Below are positions 62,130 through 64,000 of a DNA stretch of 64,000 bases, piece after piece. Numbering within the stretch: the stretch's first letter is position 1; each line of letters begins with the position of its first letter. Origin of the DNA: Cetorhinus maximus (lineage: Eukaryota); the NCBI RefSeq assembly GCF_964194155.1, contig NC_135895.1, positions 97,960,001-98,024,000 of the forward strand. Direction: 5' to 3'. Below the pieces are notes generated by a model that saw only the letters and a program-made list of their open reading frames with translations, did no database searches and was not told where the DNA came from. Made by a program: the position numbers and the translations under genes.

Positions 62130-64000
62130 ATTCAGTCCATTGTGTCTGTGCCAGCCTCAAAATGTTACAGTCTAATCCCACCTTCCAGCTCTTGGGCTGT
62201 AGCCTTGTAGGTTATGGCATTTCAGTTGTATATCCAAGCATTTTTTAAATGCAATGAGTGTTTCTGCCTCTTTCAGGCAGTGTGTTCCAAACCCCCATCA
62301 CCTTCTGGGTGGAAAGTAATTACGCCAATTCTGCTTAATCCTTAGAGCAATTACTTTAAATCTATGCTGCTGGTTACTGATGTCTTTGTAATGGAAATAG
62401 GTCCTTCCAATTCACTCTATCTAGGCTCCTCATAATTTTATATACCTCAATTAAATTGCCTCTCAGCCCCCTCTGTTCCAGAGAAAACGAGCCTGGCCTA
62501 TCCAATCTTTGATCATAGCTAAAATTCTCCATCAGTGACAATTTTGTAAATCTCCTCTGCCCTTTCTAGTGCAATCATGTTTTACCTGTAAAGCGGTAAC
62601 CAGGATTATTATATACAGTACCCTATGCTGGAACTATATAAAACACTTGTTAGACTGCAGCTAATCTCCCTGCTCTTATACTGGGCAAGGGAAAATTAAA
62701 AGGAACTTACCCTATACTCCTTCTTCACCATCTATCTGGCCTGCTATCTTCAGGGATCTGTGGACTTGCATTCCAAGGATCTTGTTTCTTCACACTTCTC
62801 CATATCCTACATACATTGTGTGTTCCCTTACTTTGTTTGCCCTTCCCAGCCTAAATGCATTGCCTCTCACTTCTCCCGATTGAATTCAGTTTGCCATTTT
62901 ACTTCCCACTTGACCAGTTAATTAATATCTTCCTGCAGTCTACAGCTTTCTTTCCCACTTCAATCACATGGCCAATTTTCATACCATCTGAAAACTTCTT
63001 ATTCATGGTCCCACATTTAAGTCTAAATCATTGATGTATACCATGAACAGTAAGGGATCCCTAGTACTGAGCCCTGCAGAATCCCACTGGAAACAGCCTT
63101 TCAGACACACAAACGCCTGTCGACTATCACCCTTTGCTCTCTGCTACTGAGCCAATTTTGGAACCAAATTGACACTTTACCATGCATCCCATGAGCTTTT
63201 ACATTTCTGACCAGTCTGCCGTGTGGGACCTTGTCAAAAACTTTGCTAACATACATGTGACTACAGTAAATATGCTACCCTCATAATCCCCTCTTACCAT
63301 GTACCTGTGTTACCACCTCAAAGAAATTGAATCAGGAGAGTCAGAAGGGACCTTTTTTAACAAATTCATGATGATCGACCTTGATTAATCTGTGCCTTTC
63401 TAAATGACAAATTGCCTACTATTGAGGTTAGACTGACTGACCTGTAATTACTCAGGCTGTCCCTTCCTCTATTTTTAACCAAGGGACAGCGTTAGCAGCT
63501 CTCCAGTCCTTTGGCATCATGCCTGTAGCCAGAGAGGACTGGAAAATGATGGTCAGAGCCACTGCTATTCTTCCCTTGCTGCTTTTCACAGCTTGAGATG
63601 CATTTTATCTAGGCCTGCTGATTTTATCCACTTTCAAGAATGTGAAACACCTTGATATTCCTTCCCTCATTGTAGTTAAGGAAGAGTATGAAAGAGTAAA
63701 CAATGCCTGCTTCGCACCCCCCCCCTCTTTTCTGAGAACGGAGGTAGTTTTCATTATTAAGAACCATACCAACCTCTTGTGCCTCTACACACAAGTTACC
63801 CTTTTGGTTTCTAATTGACCCTAATCTTAACTTACTTATCCTTTTGCTTTTTATGGATTTATAAAACGTCTGAGTTTTCCTTGATTCTACATTCACCAGG
63901 GAGACAATGTACGCTCCAGGAATCTCTTCTGTGGCCACAGAATCACCTGTCTACTTCCCTAACTATTGAATCTCTGATCACTATTGCTTTCCTCACCTTC
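62130..64000 (-). mobile_element. Old CR1 LINE fragment running off the window
   Basis: FYKSIKSKR..LGSI.NQKG.L, reverse FDKVPH and QGSVL motifs, many disruptions. Confidence 0.8.

Noticed and set aside
1-64000. CRISPR array, operons or other prokaryotic systems
   Set aside because: This is spliced vertebrate DNA, and no regularly spaced repeat-spacer structure was seen.
57949-64000. Final GPSM2 exon (rest of GoLoco 3 and GoLoco 4)
   Set aside because: No GSRLDDQR-like coding segment was found. The region is LINE-derived, so the exon lies beyond the window.

Overview
Eukaryotic, repeat-rich vertebrate genomic DNA. The repeat families look like those of an elasmobranch (shark); that assignment is an inference. 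The window holds most of a + strand GPSM2 (LGN/Pins) gene: 13 coding exons from the start ATG at 4912 to the donor after 57948, all with GT-AG junctions and consistent phases, giving 1818 nt or 606 codons. These encode the TPR array, the linker with the RRxSME phosphosite, GoLoco 1, GoLoco 2 and the start of GoLoco 3. The last exon lies beyond the window. The introns are filled with decayed transposons: CR1, L2-like and RTE LINEs, tRNA-derived SINEs including a DeuSINE, a Gypsy gag/protease fragment, a probable solo LTR, hAT MITEs, a two-gene PIF/Harbinger family with its MITEs, and two Penelope-like (PLE) families. Most ORF-track entries are transposon fragments or noise. The most notable signals are: (1) PLE insertions built as inverted repeats that carry minimal hammerhead ribozymes, with 12-13 bp target-site duplications (TSDs) and a recurring non-canonical CUGUUGA core; (2) a PLE tail apparently inserted together with a 218-bp copy of nearby intron DNA; (3) a local duplication of the exon-9 splice acceptor followed by a stop and AATAAA, which could yield a GoLoco-less LGN isoform; (4) a leader packed with uORFs. 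All coordinates were read by eye and no database searches were run.
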